A stretch of DNA of 64,000 nucleotides from Laetmonice hystrix (Eukaryota), in assembly GCA_965235115.1 (NCBI GenBank), contig OZ249446.1:2914001-2978000 (forward strand). The letters run 5' to 3'. The position numbers and the translations under genes were made by a program. This document shows positions 22,373 through 37,300 of the stretch, piece after piece (position 1 is the first letter of the stretch; the number at the start of each line of letters is the position of its first letter). The notes under the pieces were generated by a model that was given only the letters and a program-made list of their open reading frames with translations, had not been told where the DNA came from and did no database searches.

Positions 22373-25300
22373 AAATCGGCTACTAAAACTTGCCGCACTG
22401 GCCAGAATTCTGGCTCGCATATCCACCTTCCCTAAGACACCATTACCGGCATGATTCCTACATCTCATCGGTATCCACATAAACGCTTCACTTATTTCCG
22501 ATCAGGATTTAGGTGTTTTACCATGTGTGTGTATTATAACCTGTGTATCATATTATACATCCAGGTATGGGTGCATAGACAGGCCTGTTTTAAGCCTTTC
22601 GCGTTCTTCACCTCTTTCTCATAAAGTTCCCATGTTAGGGACCCTGTCGGGAGTCACTTTATGTAGGTGGGGGTTCCTTCTGTGCAAGCTTTCCACATCG
22701 ACCATTTCGAATCCCGACTTATTTATGTGCATTGAGGGTACAACTGATCAGCTTGCTGCATATATCTGAATAATGGGTAGAAGATGTGTCTAGCTGAATC
22801 GTAATTACTACTGGTAGTGCTTCAATTACCGACGGAACGTTATATATACTGGTCTCCCTGGAGTGTTTAATAAAAGATATACTAGCAGTTTCATTTTTTA
22901 ATATTTATCAAACGGGGTCATAGGCCTATATACGAAATCGGAGTTGTGAGCTTTGTGTGACAGGCCTCGACTCCCAGCGAGAGACCCAAAGCCACACGAC
23001 GGAATTCAACTCTTAAATTCAAATGGCATATCGGCGTCGAAGGTATGATGGCTATCTATCGATTGCCATTTTCAAAGGAGAAATTGGTAGATATATGCGT
23101 CCTTTGAACCCGTTTGGCACTACATCTGATCTCAACCACATCTGAGACACACGATGGTAGCGATAGGTATGAACTGGCTTAGTTTTATTTATCTATTTAT
23201 CTACCACCTGCGCGCGCAGGTCCCGGCTGCGTGCGCTTCTCCTTCAGCTCTAACTCCATTTCCGGCCACCTGTACGTTCCCGGCATTCCTCAGGAGTGAT
23301 GGCTTCCTTCTTACCTTGCAAGCAGATTGAATTATGGGATTCCTCCTCAGTACTAGTTAATAAGCAACTGAATACAATAATAGATCAAACCTTTTTCTTG
23401 AGGTATAACAACCGATTGCCGGAAATTGTATTTAATGTTCTCAGCGAAGGTTTACTTTGATATAAATTTACCATTTCGTAATCTTCTACTTCCATTCAAA
23501 CAGAGCACTGGCTCTCTCTATCAACTCTGGCAGTACGATCATGGCAGCTTAGACGGAAAGCACGATAACATAATAGTCCATACTTACAAACAGTAAGATT
23601 AATGTATACTGTACCACTGGCTCCTTACAATCAATGGATATAAGACAACTTGCTACATCATGGTTTAGCAATCGGAATTCATACCAGTAAATCTCGGACA
23701 ATGCAAAGTATTGGAAACACATCAATTAAGGGATTTTGCGCAATTTACGATATAATTTTGTTCCCAATCCCACTTGGTTAATCTAGTCCTCCAATGTTTA
23801 ATCTAATTGTTTCTGTACGTGGAATTCAAAGTCTAAGTTATCTACTTGTATTATAAATTAGTAGGCAAAAGCATCTCGCATGAAGATAACGCTGACTAAA
23901 AATATTACTAATATGTTTTATATTATTTAAAGAATTGAAGAATTATGGACATTTCGTTATAACGTTACCTGTTTTTATTTATTCTGCCCAACCCGGGGTT
24001 GTTCGTATAGATCTTGGTTCTTCCAATCAACTGATAGTTAAATCCTTACGAAGCAACATCAATTTCACGTTAGAAAGAATATTGTGGTGCAGACTATTTA
24101 TATTGGCTCCCTTCATTAGGTTTCTCATAGGTAATGAGGTGGGTTTGTTAATTATCATTCAAATTTCTAGGTAAGAGTTTTAGGTATGAAGTAGACTTAA
24201 TTAGTTATGACATTTTCAAGGCACATGCATAACCCCCTCTAACATATTTAAAATATAACAGATGTTTATAAAACAGATATCAAATACCATTCAACAATCG
24301 TTCATCGTCGAGAGAAAGTTACACTACTTTACGTGAGGTAAAGATAGCGTTCCAGGTGCAGGTAGTCGGCTGAATAATATGAGAAGAAGCGTTTGTCACT
24401 GATTTTGCAGCACTGTTCATTGCGAACGAGACAAAACAACGAAGATTAACAACTAATTAATTGGTCTTGACGAGTCCCTGATGGTCAATTTCCAGGAGAA
24501 GTCAAAGAACGTATTGATCATCTCGTATACATGCATAAATTAGAGAGTGACGACTGGGAATCTTTGATCGAAGTGAAATGATAGGGTGAGACATATTTAC
24601 CATAGCAACAATTTAAGGGGGAGTTGTTTTCTTGGGTCGTATAAAATCCAGGTCAACAGTTGAGCATTATCCACGTGTCACGTGTCCACGTGTCACTTGT
24701 AACAAAAATTAAGGGAGTGCATTAAATTAAAGGCGAATTGAACTACACTTTATTACAGTCTCACAGGTATAGATCGATTTTCGAGATAGCTTATCTGGCA
24801 TCTGTGGAGAATGTGACCAACCCTTGGTCACGTGGTGTCCGATAACTCCACTGATTGGTCAGTGTGACGGAAGACGATAGCAGGAGGTTGCCAACTCTGG
24901 ACATCCCTCGGGGATAGCATGCTCACTTCGCCTCTCCAAAGTCACAAGCTATTTTTTGAGAATAATCATGATCCAGCTGCACATCCTAATTAAGAGTGGC
25001 AGTATATGGTATACTATTTCCGTATATCGAGATGTGAGCATGCAAACATAAGTATATATTTCGAAGTATTCAGTCTGAAACTAAAAGTTTGGCACAGCAG
25101 AAAATTCGACACATATTCAGCGAAATAAAATTTGGTGCTCACCCGAGTGCTGTGCAATGCTTATCTTTCAACGTTAAATTCGAGCAGACATTTTATAGGA
25201 GCTGAACTGGGAGACGCAAGACATGGAAGGAATGCCAATACTTCTTTATTTCACTCTGTACTAACTGTATTAACGGTACTCGACCCAGAAAAGCGACGAG

Positions 25301-28300
25301 TTGAAGCCTGATTATCAGATTTATGTGCGGAAATGCCAGACATAAAAAGAGACATGTTCAAAGTTGTCACGAAAGCTAGTTTTTGGCATATTTTCTTTAG
25401 AAATCGGAGGGAATGCGGTTTGTCCGCCGCAGCTGTTGTCATGTCTGAGCAACAAAATGTACAGTTCTTAATATTATCCCTTTGTAGTGGGAAGGGGGGT
25501 TGTCCCACCCCGCAAGGGGAGGAAAAATAACTAAATTCCAATATTGACCGCAAAACATTTATGATTTGCTGTCATCAGACGATGGACAATATGAAAAGGC
25601 CAGCTGATGTAAGCTTTGCATCCCTTTATTTCCAGACACTGCAGGCTATAACAACGATGAGTGAGACAAAAATAAACAGAGTCATTTATGAGACTAAAAT
25701 GACATTGTGGCTATACTTTGGTGTCCAATAATGGTTAATATTAGAGTTAGGTTAACGTGTCGTGGTTTTCGCAATTATATTTCTTTTACTTTTGCTTCAC
25801 CACAAGAAAACGAAATTGTAGGGTCGATTCTGTAGCACTACCTTTAAGACGGAGGACAGGAAGATGGCCGTTACAATCAGATCACTCCCATGAAAGTGTT
25901 AACATATCCTTGCAGCATGGCGGTCTTACAGCCTCCAAATTTGGCACACGACGTGGTAAACACGTCATTAAACGCTGTGTTGAGCAGTCGCAGCAGGGCA
26001 TACCATCTGCCGGGAAGGAAATGACCTTGGGGACATGTAAGTGCCGTTTGGTAGGTCGTGACAGAGTTCTCAATGCCGTCCCGACCCTACTTTATCATTA
26101 CTACATCGTACGCAGGGCAGGCCGCTGGCGGCATTGTAAATAAACTGGCCACTTTTTACGGACCCAGCTGGTGTTGTCAAGGGCTACTGGCAAACGGTTC
26201 GTACACGATATTACCTGTTTGATTTGACCAAGATCTGGTCCAAACAACATGTCCTTGTCCCAGACAGTCGATTTGTCATACTGGCGCCAAGGAAAATCAT
26301 CCCAGAAGCCAAACAGTAGGACTCAGTGAGGGGTCTAGTGCTGGAGATTAGAGATTAGAGCCTTGCATCTGTTAATACCTTGAGGGCAGGCAGGGCTGAC
26401 GTACGATGCTAAGCCACTGGTTCATGCCTCACTTCATTCACTCCTATCAATTTGACTTTGATACATGAAAGTCAGACTGTATTCCTTTGGCAAAGGACAC
26501 TGCAATTTCCACTAGTGTTTAAGAACGTATTTGAGAAACAGTTCTGGTAAAACGAATTAATAAATTCTTAAAATGTGATTGTGTGTTTCATATATTTTAT
26601 TTTACAGGAACTTTCCCTCTCAACGTTTTTATTTAGATAAAGATGTGTAAATTATGGGCCTACAAATGACGCCGTTCTGCCACCTCGACACTTAATCCCG
26701 CGAATCCCTCGTTATAATGACATGAAGGCACAATTACCAGTCGAAGAGAAGCCTCGTTAGTAAATACCATGAGAATTTCATAATAAACAGCGATCTGCTA
26801 CCGAATAAGTGGCTGCGTTTTAGTTTTCTTATGCAATGCTTTGGTTCCGCCGAGCTTAACGTAGGCCTACTGTAATTGTCCATGTCCCAAGGTATTTTAC
26901 AATATTCATCGACCTTGTCGGACTTGTAATGTACACCGGCAAATTATTCTCTGAGTTGCATAGCTACGTCCCACTCAGCATCACCGAGTAATTTTTAATC
27001 CTGTTTGACAATTCAATGTAAGTTAATTTAAAGTAAGAGTGTTAATTATCAATCTGATATGGCTCTACACGAGACAGCGATACATTCAAAATGTGTCTGA
27101 AAAATTCTGACAAGGGGGCCGCCTTAATGAATACAGTAATGGAATACATGTATACATATAATATCGATATTTGAGGAAGATTCCTTCTATTGAGTGACAA
27201 TATAGTATAATATGGTTCTTTTACAGCAATGGACATCCTAGAGGGGGTTTCGTAATATGGTATTTTAGTCGGCGATTAAGCGAGATTAAACCTTACAAAA
27301 TGACGTTGTCTCTCGAGATCGCTTTATCCGAGTATTGAAATACCAAGTAATATGTGTTGTCACTTCGAGCCTCTACATGAGAACTTCATCAAGACGACCA
27401 ACACAAACTGGGTAACTGTAGGCCGTCCGTCGGATGGCGTAAAGTTACCGAGTGACAGGCTCAAGTTAAATAGACACCTTGGGCCGTATTTAACACCTGT
27501 CCTGAAGGCAAAGGATTTCCTTTAGTCTATTGCAATTTAAAAGTGGACAAAGGGATATCCTTTGCCTTAAGGATGATTCTACAATACGGATCTTTATCTA
27601 GAAAGAATGGGTATTCAAATCGGAGGTTGTCGTACGAAACATACACAAGCTCCTTTCTTCATAACGTGATTACTTCGCTCAAGTTCCTGCTTCTCATCCG
27701 TGTGGAAAAGATTGTCGCTGGAAACAGTATTTTTAGAGAACTTTTTATATTTCCTTTTCCATTCCACTCTGGGGTGCAAGAAGGGTCTTCCTTTCTCCGC
27801 GGAGGGGCACATTACCCGATATCTAGACAGGCCAGCTATCTGGTCTGGAAGGAGTTCAGCTAACCTCGCAGGGTTGGTTGCTGGAAAAAATGGACATTTC
27901 ACCGATTTGGCAAGACGAAGCTGGCAGAAGTAATGTGCGCACTATAACTGTGAGGACATATCAGCAGAGGAATGTTTCGACTTCCACTGTTTCTGGTGTT
28001 GCTAATCTGCGTCCCAGTCATATCCACTGCACACGATTATTGAGGTTTAATCTTGAACGGTGAGAGCTTTGCTACTAAAGCTAAGCCACCCATTTATCAC
28101 TCTTGATTTGAAAATGCTGTCCATTTTTGGATATCTCGGTAGACCAGGTTGCCATCTTGGTACTGTCCGATACGATGGTGGGACCAACGACGGGTTACCA
28201 CGATAGGCCCGGTTAACCGTCTGATGACAAGAGATCGTTCTGCGCATGAGCGATGTGATGCCGTCGTGTCCGTGGAGATGGATTATGAGACGGCCAAAAC

Positions 28301-28800
28301 GACCAGATTTAGTTTGGCGATTAATTTGTTTCTGTTACGGCAGCACCGAGGCCTGTGACGGTCGTCTATCCTCGCCACTCTACTGGATGCATCAATCCTG
28401 CCCAATGATGTATAACTTTCTCTTAACTTAACTACCTAACGTAAACTTCTCAAAAACATGTTGTACATCGATTTAAAAAAGTGTCTCTGTTCTGCCCCGG
28501 TCCTGTCAAAGAAGCCTTGACGCTTAAAACAGAGTTCAGGTGCTTACTGTACATTGTGCGTAACGTCGACTCGAGCTGCTCCCTCAGAGCAAGGAGAACA
28601 AGATAACTAATGAAGATTACACTCTGCTGACGCACATCGTTTTAATTAATAGCAATCAATAAAACCATGATTAATTTCGTCCATAGTGTTTTGATAACGA
28701 GAATATACACGGAGCATCCGTTATAGTCTCGCTATCTAAAGGAAGCCTTTAAACGATTGGCTTCGATGACGTCACTTAGAAAAGATTGATCCTTTCTTTC

Positions 28801-29719
28801 TCGGGCTCAGCCAAGTAAACCCAGACCGTTGACTGCTATCTCGATCTCGGGCTCAGCCAAGTAAACCCAGACCGTTGACTGCTATCTCGATCTCGGGCTC
28901 AGCCAAGTAAACCCAGACCGTTAACTGCTATCTCGATCTCGAGCTCAGCCAAGTAAACCCAGACCGTTAACTGCTATCTCGATCTCGGGCTCAGCCAAGT
29001 AAACCCAGACCGTTAACTGCTATCTCGATCTCGGGCTCAGCCAAGTAAACCCAGACCGTTAACTGCTATCTCGATCTCGGGCTCAGCCAAGTAAACCCAG
29101 ACCGTTAACTGCTATCTCGATCTCGGGCTCAGCCAAGTAAACCCAGACCGTTAACTGCTATCTCGATCTCGGGCTCAGCCAAGTAAACCCAGACCGTTGA
29201 CTGCTATCTCGATCTCGGGCTCAGCCAAGTAAACCCAGACCGTTGACTGCTATCTCGATCTCGGGCTCAGCCAAGTAAACCCAGACCGTTAACTGCTATC
29301 TCGATCTCGGGCTCAGCCAAGTAAACCCAGACCGTTAACTGCTATCTCGATCTCGGGCTCAGCCAAGTAAACCCAGACCGTTAACTGCTATCTCGATCTC
29401 GGGCTCAGCCAAGTAAACCCAGACCGTTAACTGCTATCTCGATCTCGGGCTCAGCCAAGTAAACCCAGACCGTTAACTGCTATCTCGATTTTGGGCTCAG
29501 CCAAGTAAACCCAGACCGTTGACTGCTATCTCGATTTTGGGCTCAGCCAAGTAAACCCAGACCGTTAACTGCTATCTCGATCTCGGGCTCAGCCAAGTAA
29601 ACCCAGACCGTTGACTGCTATCTCGATCTCGGGCTCAGCCAAGTAAACCCAGACCGTTAACTGCTATCTCGATCTCGGGCTCAGCCAAGTAAACCCAGAC
29701 CGTTAACTGCTATCTCGAT
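28801..29719. repeat. 46-bp minisatellite, 20 copies
   Basis: Unit TCGGGCTCAGCCAAGTAAACCCAGACCGTT(A/G)ACTGCTATCTCGATC. Confidence 0.98.
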
Positions 29720-29875
29720 GCAATGATCCCAAGATTATGATTCCCGTAAATGTTTCACAATGTTTCGTGCTGGATTTATTCACCGCAGAAACTGGAGATC
29801 AAGACGTAAGCTCGGTTTCTATATTTCACACCGAACGCTTTCTTACATGCGGTTACACTTACCACGGAGCAATGG

Positions 29876-29940
29876 TGAGTGAGTGAGATTTGGTGGTTTT
29901 TACGAGGCGTTTTCGTCACGGCGAAAAGATAGCTAAAAAT
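29876..29940 (-). mobile_element. SINE-like 3' tail fragment (same family as 2500-2576)
   Basis: Reverse complement reads TTTTCGCCGTGACGAAAACGCCTCGTAAAAACCACCAAATCTCACTCACTCAC. Confidence 0.5.
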
Positions 29941-31843
29941 GGGTCGATAAGGGACCTATTGTCTACTGGGTTCCAACCGGAACCACAATGCAAGAAATAT
30001 AATTTCATTGATCAAAATGACTTTCCGGTACGCCCCACAGCCAGCAGACGGGGAAAAGACGGTTGATAGCTGCCATTAACGCGGAAAGGACTGCGCGGAA
30101 AGTTTCCGGTCTCTTTGTATATTTTTATACTAACTCAATTAAGGTAATGAACCGGCATTCATTTAAGAAAACAACTTATTCCCCCGAAAGAATTTCAAAG
30201 ACGTGTTTCTAGATATTTAGTTATGTATTCCCTTGAAAGATTGAAAGATATCTAGTTATGTATTCCCGCGAAAGAATTTCGAAACAGTACGAGTCTTAAA
30301 AACAGTCTTAAGGAAAAGAAAGAAATAATTACGTCGGCTTCCTGCATGGTCGTTTTATAACACGGACTAAGAAGGGTAATTATGTAGGTCGTGAAACCTC
30401 AATACCACTCGAAGAATTATTTATGTCTGATGCATGACGTAAATTGCTTGACAAATGTCAAATTTCTCATTTATTTATTATCGCTGCACGTCGTCTACCA
30501 TTTAAAGTGGAGGAGGGAACATGTAAAAGTTCCTATTCACAGTATTTCATCTCCGATTTTATCCTTTCTTTTACGGGGCGATTCCAAGTTTTGATTTAAA
30601 GGTTGACCCCTTCCTTGTTTCTTTAATTCTTTAATCTCAAAATCAGAGTGAAACAAATGGATGATGCTAAAATCGCATGGATGTGTTATTTTAACACGTT
30701 AAACGTTTTCAAGTAAAGGATTAGGCATAGAGAATTCTGTATTACCAGGCAATGTCACTCCTTAAGTCGCCTTCCCATGTTAGCGCGGTGTAGATACGCA
30801 ACTTGCTGCAGACTTATACACTTGAAAGGTACATGCATTATATTGTACTTACATTTTAAAGGGGAATATTCGTTTCATTATCACCCATTCAGTTTTCGTC
30901 CCTCAAACGTATAATAATTACAAGACAGATGGTGTAACGGTGTTTTCTGCAACTATTAACTGACTGAGTAACACCTGACGATGTGCACTTACATGAAATA
31001 TCACGAGGCTAATGGTTACAGATGAGATAATTAAATCCAAAAAAGAGTCAATCAATAAACGAAAGGCATTCAGAACTCTCTCACGCCCACGCTCTCTCTC
31101 TCTCCCAGGTTTGTGTGGGGAAAAGCGAGTTGGTACATGGGGACGATCGCAACAACCAATCAAATCGCAGCTTACAAAGGGTTTTGGGATAGGTAAGAAA
31201 AACGTTGTGGGGACATGGAAAGTTCTGCCTTGAGAGGACAGTCCCTACAAGATTGTTTCTCTCACCTGTAGGTTAGGATGACACTGTGTACTGTTTGTAG
31301 ATGTATAGATCTATAATCTCAAAGGATTTACTTGAGTGGAACTGATTTCTTTTTCTTTGACTGAGAAAAAAAACAGCACGGCAGAAATGAGATGGTTTAC
31401 AGATATAGCTGCAGATTTGAAATTAGGAATCTTCTTGATCGGAACCTAATTCCCGTTTTAAATGACGAGAATGATTTAATTTGTATATAAATGACTGTAA
31501 CTATGTGGACCTTGACGCTGGGTGACGACTGTCGTATGCATATCGGTGTCACGGTCGTGTCTCATTGGTCATGTTACCCTTATTTTATAATTTTTATTAA
31601 TATATTTTAAGAAAATCGACTTGCACAAAGAAACTATGGATCGTCACCCCATTTGTAGTCCTCAAACGGGATCTACACCTCCACGGCTTAGGTTGTCGCC
31701 TGTAAAATGTTTTTATCTTACTAAAACAATGTGGTTGTGTTGGACACCACTCTGGAGGTCCAGCTTGACCTCCCCACTATATAAAGCCACGAAACCACTG
31801 GTCACATGTACAGTGAACGGTCACGTCTGAAAGTATCGCTTAC

Positions 31844-32007
31844 AATGTAGATAGACTCGGGTCTGTCTCCCATGAACTGGCTGATGGGTCGGAAGGAGCT
31901 TGCATGGGTCCACGTTCGGTCGTAGTCTCGCAACACGTGCTGATGGTTCAAACACTGACAGTATGATGAGTTGCAAAGTGTCCACTTGGAGCCGGGAGGG
32001 TGCAAGG
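31844..32007 (-). CDS. Candidate internal exon (LHPPGSKWTLCNSSYCQCLNHQHVLRDYDRTWTHASSFRPISQFMGDRPESIYI), product unknown
   Basis: CACTTTTCTCAG acceptor, GTAAGC donor and coding-like codon use. A second frame is also open. Confidence 0.45.
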
Positions 32008-32174
32008 CTGAGAAAAGTGCGACATGACTCTTCTAAATGGATGTAGCAATACAACCCGTTCCCCGTCAGTGGGTCGATCTGTGGCATCGTTCCGTATGGC
32101 GGCTATCATTGGGTTATCACGTGTTGTCTCAGACGCCAGATCTTTGAACGGTAGGATGAACGTATCTAGTCGAC

Positions 32175-32349
32175 NNNNNNNNNNNNNNNNNNNNNNNNNN
32201 NNNNNNNNNNNNNNNNNNNNNNNNNNNNNNNNNNNNNNNNNNNNNNNNNNNNNNNNNNNNNNNNNNNNNNNNNNNNNNNNNNNNNNNNNNNNNNNNNNNN
32301 NNNNNNNNNNNNNNNNNNNNNNNNNNNNNNNNNNNNNNNNNNNNNNNNN
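32175..32349. other. Assembly gap (175 N)
   Basis: Run of N. Confidence 1.
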
Positions 32350-33486
32350 TGTTTACGTCCTGTGTCATTGATGTATTTTTTCTGATCTATTTAAAAAAGT
32401 GCATCTTATTTTGTTCAACAGTTTGGAATTCATACACGTGTACACTCCCATTCTCTACCTCGCTCCAAAGCGCACCTACAATTCAGTTTATCTAGCTGAA
32501 CTGCTCTACTTTTGGCAGCACTGCATATATTTTTAGTCCCAGGACAATTAAGATTAGTTGCACAAAAAGGAAGATAAAACTATCTTGTCCACGTTTTGCA
32601 TTTGTATCTGTATCATTTATGGGCGGATACTCTCGCAACAAGATAATGAAACTGATACAATAGTCTGGAATCTGCCTGCCCCGTCTAGATTATAGTAAGC
32701 CTTGTGAATACCCTGCATCACTTCCTTTTAGATAAAAAAAATCAAATAGTCTGAACCCCTGGTAGGCCCGAGCCCCAGGAGGGACGTGACTGATGGGCAG
32801 ATGCATGCACAGGAAACAACCCGAATCTGATCCATTTTGTGTTGAGCAAATAAAGCAGTTTTCTGTCGCACATCAGAAGGGGATGGCAGCAAAATGGACC
32901 CCCTCACCAGAGATGCAAACGTCATACGTCTTTTTTTCGCACTCATAAATCCTATACCCATATAAAGGAGTTCACAAAGCAATGCTGTATCCTTTCTCTT
33001 TTCTAAAACACAAGGTGTGATCTTAAACAGACTGGGGGTGGACCAGCTCAGTGCTTCGAGGTTCACCGGGGGGGGTATAGTTGTGTTGAAACAAACTGAT
33101 TGCATGAGTTATCTCTGGGGTAGGTCCGTGGTCGCCCAACACTGTGACAGGACTTTCTAGAACTAGCTCCACCAAATTGGTACATTATGGCAAATGCGAG
33201 TTCAAAGCATTGCTTTTCGAAACCTGTGCTCCACAAGCATAGGATTTTGCTAGGTAGAATACGATTCAGCAATATACTTGCTTGCTGTTTCCAGGTTTTA
33301 AATGGGTTCTGTTTAGATCAAAGTGTATAACGGCGATAGAAGCCTTTGTGGCAACGCGGGAGCCTATCATATTATAAGACACCTCTCTGTGTGTTTTTAA
33401 TATATTAACATAGCTGTCTTTTTCTCCCTTCCTCTCTTCCGCTCTATCGCACTTCCTCTGCCATTCTCTCTCCCTCTCTCACTCAC

Positions 33487-33621
33487 GGATGGAAGTACGA
33501 GCAAGATCGATTACTTCTTTGATTTTGAATTCTGTGGGAAGATGGTTTGACGTACATGGCCATCCGGTTTTTCTGGCGGAGAAAGGGGACACCTCTAAGG
33601 TCAGTGGCTTGAAAGGCACCC
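33487..33621 (-). CDS. Candidate internal exon (GVPFKPLTLEVSPFSARKTGWPCTSNHLPTEFKIKEVIDLARTSI), product unknown
   Basis: CATTTACAG acceptor, GTGAGT donor, 135 nt, phase 1-1. Phase-compatible with 31844-32007. Confidence 0.35.
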
Positions 33622-34223
33622 CTGTAAATGACATCGGGCAGATAAAAACGGGCACACGCCTTCGATCAGACACCGGTGTTTATCTGAAACGGCTACATGT
33701 ACTGATACTGTATCCGTAGAGAGCTTCCCTTTTAACCTAAAGGTCTCACTATCAAAATTTGAAAGACGAGTCGCGTTTGATGAGCTGGGAAGGCCGGAAG
33801 TCCATCGGTAGGGCACCGCCAGGCGTATGGTTCAGATCCTCTCCGGTTGTCCCCAGATCATTTACTAATGCATTAATTGGAACAAAACACCTCTTTTGTT
33901 GATATACATGTACGACGACAGGACCATCCGAAGGTAACGTTGGGTTTGTAGTAGGTAACGTTGGGTTTTGTAGTACTGCATCAGTTCACCACTGGTAGTA
34001 CCACTAGGACATTCGACATTGGTAATCGTACATAACAGCTGCTGTGTGTCTCTCTCCATTTATTTATTTTTTTAATTTGTTTTTATTTCTCAAGAATCAA
34101 GGCCAAATCCATCAAGACTGTTATAATACTAGACGTCATGTCTTGTTTTCGTTGTTCTCTCGATTACAAATGTTATTGAAGAATAAAAACCCCTCCTTCT
34201 CCCTTCCTTAATTCTACCTGCAG

Positions 34224-34338
34224 ATATCCAGCATTTTCCTACATCGTCCCATATCATAAGGTTGTTCCTGTCATCATTTTTCTCTGCCACCCAAGGGAGA
34301 ACATTTCAAGTAGGATTCCACATCGCAGATGGTATACG
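34224..34338 (+). CDS. Candidate internal exon, frame ambiguous
   Basis: Pyrimidine-rich CCTTAATTCTACCTGCAG acceptor and ACG|GTGAGT donor. Two frames are open. Confidence 0.3.
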
Positions 34339-37300
34339 GTGAGTACGTACATTTCCACACCCATCGCTGTGTCATGATTGCATGGCTCTGCCGCTATACA
34401 GCACCAAGGCTGGACAAGGCGCCGTTTGCGTGTAAACACCACAACGAGTACCTATCCATGTCAGCAAATATTGGAGTAGGTTGAGACTAGGGACATGAAC
34501 GATTCTATACACTTTCCTGTCACAGAAGAGTAATTGGATTTCAAGCCATGATATAAAGCGTTATTGTATTTGATTCTCGGGAGTATTGTGAAACCACATA
34601 TTGGCAAAGTCGCATTCTTGGTACCCTTTTCAATCGAATCGCCCAGCTTCAGGCTAATGGAAAAGCACATGGTGGCGCATCCTGAACGTCTCGTTGCGCC
34701 GTGAAACGTGACATTGACGTGAAAGAGACGCTTTAGGTGACGTCACCCCGAGCAGACGACCCAGGAGCCCACTTGGGGAAGCAGCGGTTTCTGAGAAGAT
34801 ACGCGAAAGGTGTCGGTGTTTGAAAATTAGCCATAGTAAACAAATTAATTATACATCTAGTGCCACTGAATGAATTTAAATGCTTCAGCTGTACGGTGAA
34901 ATGTGCCGGCTAAGAAATCTGCCAGACTCGTAAATACAAGTCACACGTGTCAGAAATTGACTGCTGTCACATGGAACTGATCCATCTTTACGTGCAGTGA
35001 TTATGGAGAGATGTAAAACTCGAGATCGAGATAATAAATTACATTTAAGGCAGGTGTTCTTATTATTATTATTATTGATCTTTTGTCGTTATATTTGTCT
35101 CGAAGAGACGCATTTTTTATATGCCTTAGCTATAGTTAGATGATTTTTTTTTATTTCCGGAAACCTTAATATGAGACATTGCCTCCTTTGACTTTATCTT
35201 CAAGGTACCTCATTGTACCTGTAGCCCGGTGCTCCCGACTGTTATCTGAGCGTGTAATCGGGTGTCTATGCAGTGTTGAATGTAAAGCAATCCTTCACGG
35301 GGTAGTTCACTAAAGGGTATATGGTTTTCAAGGCATAACAAACTAATTGGGTAAAGTTGAGTTGAGTCGGGTCGGTACGCGTATGCGGTACCTGCTTAAC
35401 ATTCAGCACAACTCGGAGCCTGGTATGGACATAGATCGTAGGACCGATAATACAGTATCCCAGCACCTCGCTGCATAACAACGTACCCGGGACAGCACTT
35501 ATTTTCTGTTCCAGGAAACTGTCCGAGCAATATTCCTCCTTATTTGATGGATATATGATAGCAGTGTTTTTCCTTACCTGCAAATTGGTCTTTACTTGAC
35601 GGCATGTCTAGTCCAGTAAGGTCATGTGCCTCTGTGTCTGAACTGAATGAGATGGTGAGCCATTCATAAATATCTCACAGAAGTTATGCACAACCTCCGC
35701 AAAGTATTCCTATACTTGACATCGGTACGAGATTATTAAAGGGAGCACAAGTGCGTTGGGAATGTTTTAATTTAATTGGAATTGCAGTTTGTGGGACCTG
35801 CTGCATGCACTTTTGGTCGGTGCACGGGCCCCAGTCCTGCACAGCCCCCTTCTTTTCCTACACCAACCTAATACAAGGCAATTGAACCCTTGCTGCATGC
35901 CTCGCCACACACACTGAATAGGATATTGTGACCCAAGGGTTATTCACCCTGCCAACACATCAACCTCATATAACGACGCCATCAGTCTTCTTCTCGCCAC
36001 AGAAAGGCCTCAGATGTATGAAGCCACTAACAATCAGTTGATCAAACAATGATCAACTCTGTGACAAAGGCAACCCTGAAGGTTCAGTGCCCCTTTAAGG
36101 TGTTTTAGAAGGACTGCAATAGGCAACAGTTGGGGGTGTCTTGATTATATTTACCATCTCTTGTTCGTTCAGACTGACATGGACCTGCAGGCTACAGAAA
36201 CAACATCTAATATATCACATTTCTGTGTATTGGTAGAAGATATAGAGGGCTATATTGTGAATGGTAGGACTTGGTATTCGATGGAACACTTCCGACATCT
36301 GTATTTTGCAAGAAATATTATTTAAATGAGAGAATAAAATGACTGGAAATTTTATTGTAACGTCATGGTCTTGAGACTGGAAACTGCTTGTCGTGCACGT
36401 GATCCTCTGACGTGGAGGTGTGTTCTTTCCAGCCTCATTATCAGATACGGTTCTCCTTCCCCGCCTTAATCGTTTGATTGACGTGTTTTACCACTGTTGT
36501 TGACTATCCAGTTTTGTGCGTGCGAAGAACAAAGTGATGTGCATTCGGCTAAAATATAGACATGCAAATTACATGTGGCATGCACCTTTCTTCTTTAAAA
36601 ATCTCAATTATCGCCAATTCCCCTGGCGACTATACCTGGAATTGACACACTTACATCCAGTAGTAAGAAGGTCAAACGCATACCACATAAGAACGTGTTC
36701 GGCATCAGAGAAACTCGTTCCTTGATGAGCTTGGAAAAAGAGAACATTGAACAAGAGCACTAATATCTGAAGAAGTACTGGTTTTTCCATTCCCAGAAAT
36801 AGAAGACGAATAATATGTTTTCCATTTTTTCCTCGCAGTGAAGCAGAGAAGTGCATGTCTAGCACAAGTTCTGCTTGACACTTACATGAGACGTTGCCCT
36901 ATAATGTGTTTTTAATTGACATTCCAGCATTTTAGAACCTGATAAAAAGGAACAACTTGGCAGACAGGAACGGACTGGGGAATCCGACATCCAGAAGGAG
37001 TCATGCCTCACAACGCGGACCGATTCGACCCATTTACACAGTACCATAGAATTCCCACTGTCAGATTGGACGAACAGACAGCAGGTCCGCAGTAAATGTA
37101 GGCTGCCGCATGGACTGGTCGGAAGATCTGCCGATCTAATCGCTCTATTCCCTCTCTATACGTGCGCCAAAATACCTCTTGGACCCGGGAAAGAGTAATG
37201 GTGGGATTTCCTTGACAAGGGCCCCAACATGTCACCCTGGAGTCTCTGGCCGCTGGGAGGCAATGCCCCTTTGAATGGCATCCTCAGTGGAAACCTAGAA

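Noticed and set aside
27972-28043. Signal-peptide-like MFRLPLFLVLLICVPVISTA
   Set aside because: An in-frame TGA follows three codons later, with no donor before it.
28801-29719. CRISPR-like appearance of regular repeats (also the other arrays)
   Set aside because: The units are head-to-tail with no unique spacers, there are no cas genes, and the context is eukaryotic.
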